This document shows, piece by piece, positions 62,334 to 64,000 of a stretch of 64,000 nucleotides of DNA. This stretch comes from Actinomycetota bacterium (GTDB taxonomy: Bacteria; Actinomycetota; Acidimicrobiia; Acidimicrobiales; JAMCPD01): NCBI GenBank assembly GCA_023379935.1, contig JAMCPD010000025.1, forward strand, positions 13,427-77,426. Reading direction: 5' to 3'. Below the pieces are notes generated by a model. The model did no database searches, was not told the DNA's origin, and saw nothing but the letters and a program-made list of their open reading frames with translations. A program made the translations under genes and the position numbers. Positions within the stretch are counted from its first letter, which is position 1. Every line of letters begins with the position of its first letter.

Positions 62334-64000
62334 GTGACAATATCGGATGAAGATATAGAGAAAGTTCGTCAAGATACCGACTTGGTGGCTTTGGTGTCGG
62401 AGCATATAGCTTTAAAACGTCAAGGACGTAGATGGGTGGGACTGTGTCCTTTCCATGCTGAAAAAACCCCATCATTTAGTGTTAATGCTGAAGCCGGTCT
62501 TTATTACTGTTTTGGTTGTCATGCTTCAGGTGATGCGATAACTTTTATGCGAGCGATGGAAGGAATGGATTTCGGGCAAGCTGTTAGATCCTTAGCCGAC
62601 AAGGTGGGGATAAGCCTTAGATTTTCCGATAACAAAGATTCTATCGATGCAAAGAACCGTAAAAAACTTTTTGAAGTTATGAAAACAGCAGTGGAGTGGT
62701 ATCACAAAAGACTGCTTGAGTCTTCGGATGCCGCTCATGCTCGCAGCTACTTGCATTCAAGGGGTTTAAGTGAAGAACAGATAGGATTTTTTCGGTTAGG
62801 ATGGGCACCTTCATCGTGGGACTTGCTTGCAAAAGATTTAACCTCAAACAGCCCAACTAAAAACTACCCGAGTTACAGTAAGGACTTACTTATTGCTGCG
62901 GGGCTGTGTACCGTCAACTCATATCAGAAGTTGCAAGATGTCTTTAGAGGTCGGATCATCTTTCCGATATTCGATACTTCAAATAGACCTATTGCTTTAG
63001 CCGGACGTACTTTAGACGGGGTTGGCGCTGGCAACGCTTCCAAGGTATCGGATTTTGGTTCGGCCAAGGTGAAAAGTTCGTCTTTGGGGCCCAAATACTA
63101 TAACTCTCCCGAAACCCCCATCTATTCCAAGCGGAAGGTTCTGTATGGTTTAAACTGGGCAAAATCCGAGGTGGTCAAGACCGACCAGATCATAGTATGC
63201 GAAGGCTACTTTGATGTCATGGCTTTTTTTCATGCCGGTTTTGAAAACGCTGTTGCCACCTGCGGTACTGCGCTCAGTGAGGAACACTTCAAATCACTTA
63301 GAAATTTTGCAAAGACGGTGGTATTAGCTTATGACTCCGACTCAGCAGGGCAGGCGGGCATGGAAGCCTTTTATCAATGGGAGCGTAATTTTGAGTTGGA
63401 TGTCAAGGTTGTAGACCTTCCCAAAGGTCAGGACCCGGCTGATATAGGCTTCTCAGATCCGAATAAGTTAGCCGATATTCTAAGTAATGCGAAGCCTTTT
63501 CTTGGTTTCAAGATACACAGGATATTTTCCTCTCTCAACCTGTCTACACCGGAGGGGAGAGCTAAAGGAGCTGAACTTGCCTTAGCTCAAATAGCTCAAC
63601 ATCCAAGTGAATTCGTAAGGGATCAGTACTTAATGGTGGTGGCAAGCCACTGTCTTATAGATGAGAATAACTTGCGTCAACGCCTGGAGCGTTTGCGCAA
63701 GGGCTCGTCTGATAGTACATTTGGGGCAAGTACTGTCGCTTCTTCGAATAAGATGGAATATGATCAGCACGCCAGTCTCAGATTGGAGCTTTTGCGTTTA
63801 GTGGTCAACAACTCCAACCAGGTTAAAGAGCAGTTGACAAGCATGCTTCAAGCAGCTGGGTTTGATGATATATCTGCAGTACTGTCGCCTTTGGCAGAAC
63901 TTTTGTTCAACAAGCAAGTTGCCAGAGATATATTCTGCTCTGTGCTGGCAGCATCAGAGCCAAGAAAAGTTTTTGCTTTATTGCCTCAAGAGGCTCAAGA
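62334..64000 (+). CDS. dnaG: DNA primase, 3' end beyond the window
   Basis: The frame is open from the GTG at 62334, with a TAG 12 nt upstream, to the window end. Zinc finger CPFHAEKTPSFSVN...YYCFGCHASGD. TOPRIM EGYFDVMA...AYDSDSAG. Not in the ORF track because it has no stop in the window. Confidence 0.92.
   Translation, partial: MTISDEDIEKVRQDTDLVALVSEHIALKRQGRRWVGLCPFHAEKTPSFSVNAEAGLYYCFGCHASGDAITFMRAMEGMDFGQAVRSLADKVGISLRFSDNKDSIDAKNRKKLFEVMKTAVEWYHKRLLESSDAAHARSYLHSRGLSEEQIGFFRLGWAPSSWDLLAKDLTSNSPTKNYPSYSKDLLIAAGLCTVNSYQKLQDVFRGRIIFPIFDTSNRPIALAGRTLDGVGAGNASKVSDFGSAKVKSSSLGPKYYNSPETPIYSKRKVLYGLNWAKSEVVKTDQIIVCEGYFDVMAFFHAGFENAVATCGTALSEEHFKSLRNFAKTVVLAYDSDSAGQAGMEAFYQWERNFELDVKVVDLPKGQDPADIGFSDPNKLADILSNAKPFLGFKIHRIFSSLNLSTPEGRAKGAELALAQIAQHPSEFVRDQYLMVVASHCLIDENNLRQRLERLRKGSSDSTFGASTVASSNKMEYDQHASLRLELLRLVVNNSNQVKEQLTSMLQAAGFDDISAVLSPLAELLFNKQVARDIFCSVLAASEPRKVFALLPQEAQ

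Overview
This 64-kb window is mostly core chromosome at roughly 45-50% GC, judged by eye. Gene order resembles Actinomycetota: argS-lysA-hom-thrC, an ANTAR regulator followed by polA and rpsA, and uppS-recO-glyQS...dnaG. This taxonomic placement is inference from synteny only. Read left to right, the window holds these genes:
- A NarL-type response regulator (5' end cut by the window edge) and a histidine kinase, tightly packed with an NCS1 permease and a PfkB kinase.
- A pyruvate:ferredoxin oxidoreductase.
- A large secreted protein with 14 cysteine-pair repeats, two IPT/TIG domains and a C-terminal domain.
- A vapBC toxin-antitoxin pair bracketed by tRNA-Arg(CCG) and a 46-bp copy of that tRNA's 3' end.
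- argS, lysA, hom, thrC and tRNA-Leu(CAA).
- A 998-aa single-chain ECF-type transporter (membrane domain, two ATPases and an EcfT domain).
- A PdtaR-like ANTAR regulator, polA, rpsA and rpmB.
- A 945-aa ATPase-LuxR (LAL-type) regulator.
- A geranylgeranyl reductase-family gene and cysC.
- A complete nuoA-N operon followed by an overlapping lipoprotein hydrolase.
- An acs, HMG-CoA lyase and acetoacetyl-CoA synthetase cluster.
- yajQ, tRNA-Tyr(GTA), uppS, recO, glyQS, ppdK and the 5' part of dnaG.

I saw no rRNA, CRISPR array, transposase or integrase.

The observations most worth a second look are:
1. An unusually dense set of young, frame-preserving 15/18/21-bp tandem duplications inside conserved housekeeping genes (nuoG, nuoJ, nuoM, nuoI, polA, rpsA, HMG-CoA lyase and the kinase).
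2. The tRNA-Arg att-like duplication around a TA-only islet of about 0.9 kb.
3. The 14-repeat surface protein, whose ORF reads through the tRNA remnant.
4. The all-in-one ECF transporter.
5. tRNA-Tyr ending 2 nt before the uppS start codon.

I found no convincing multi-gene novel system such as a defence island. All product calls rest on motif recognition by eye and no searches were run.
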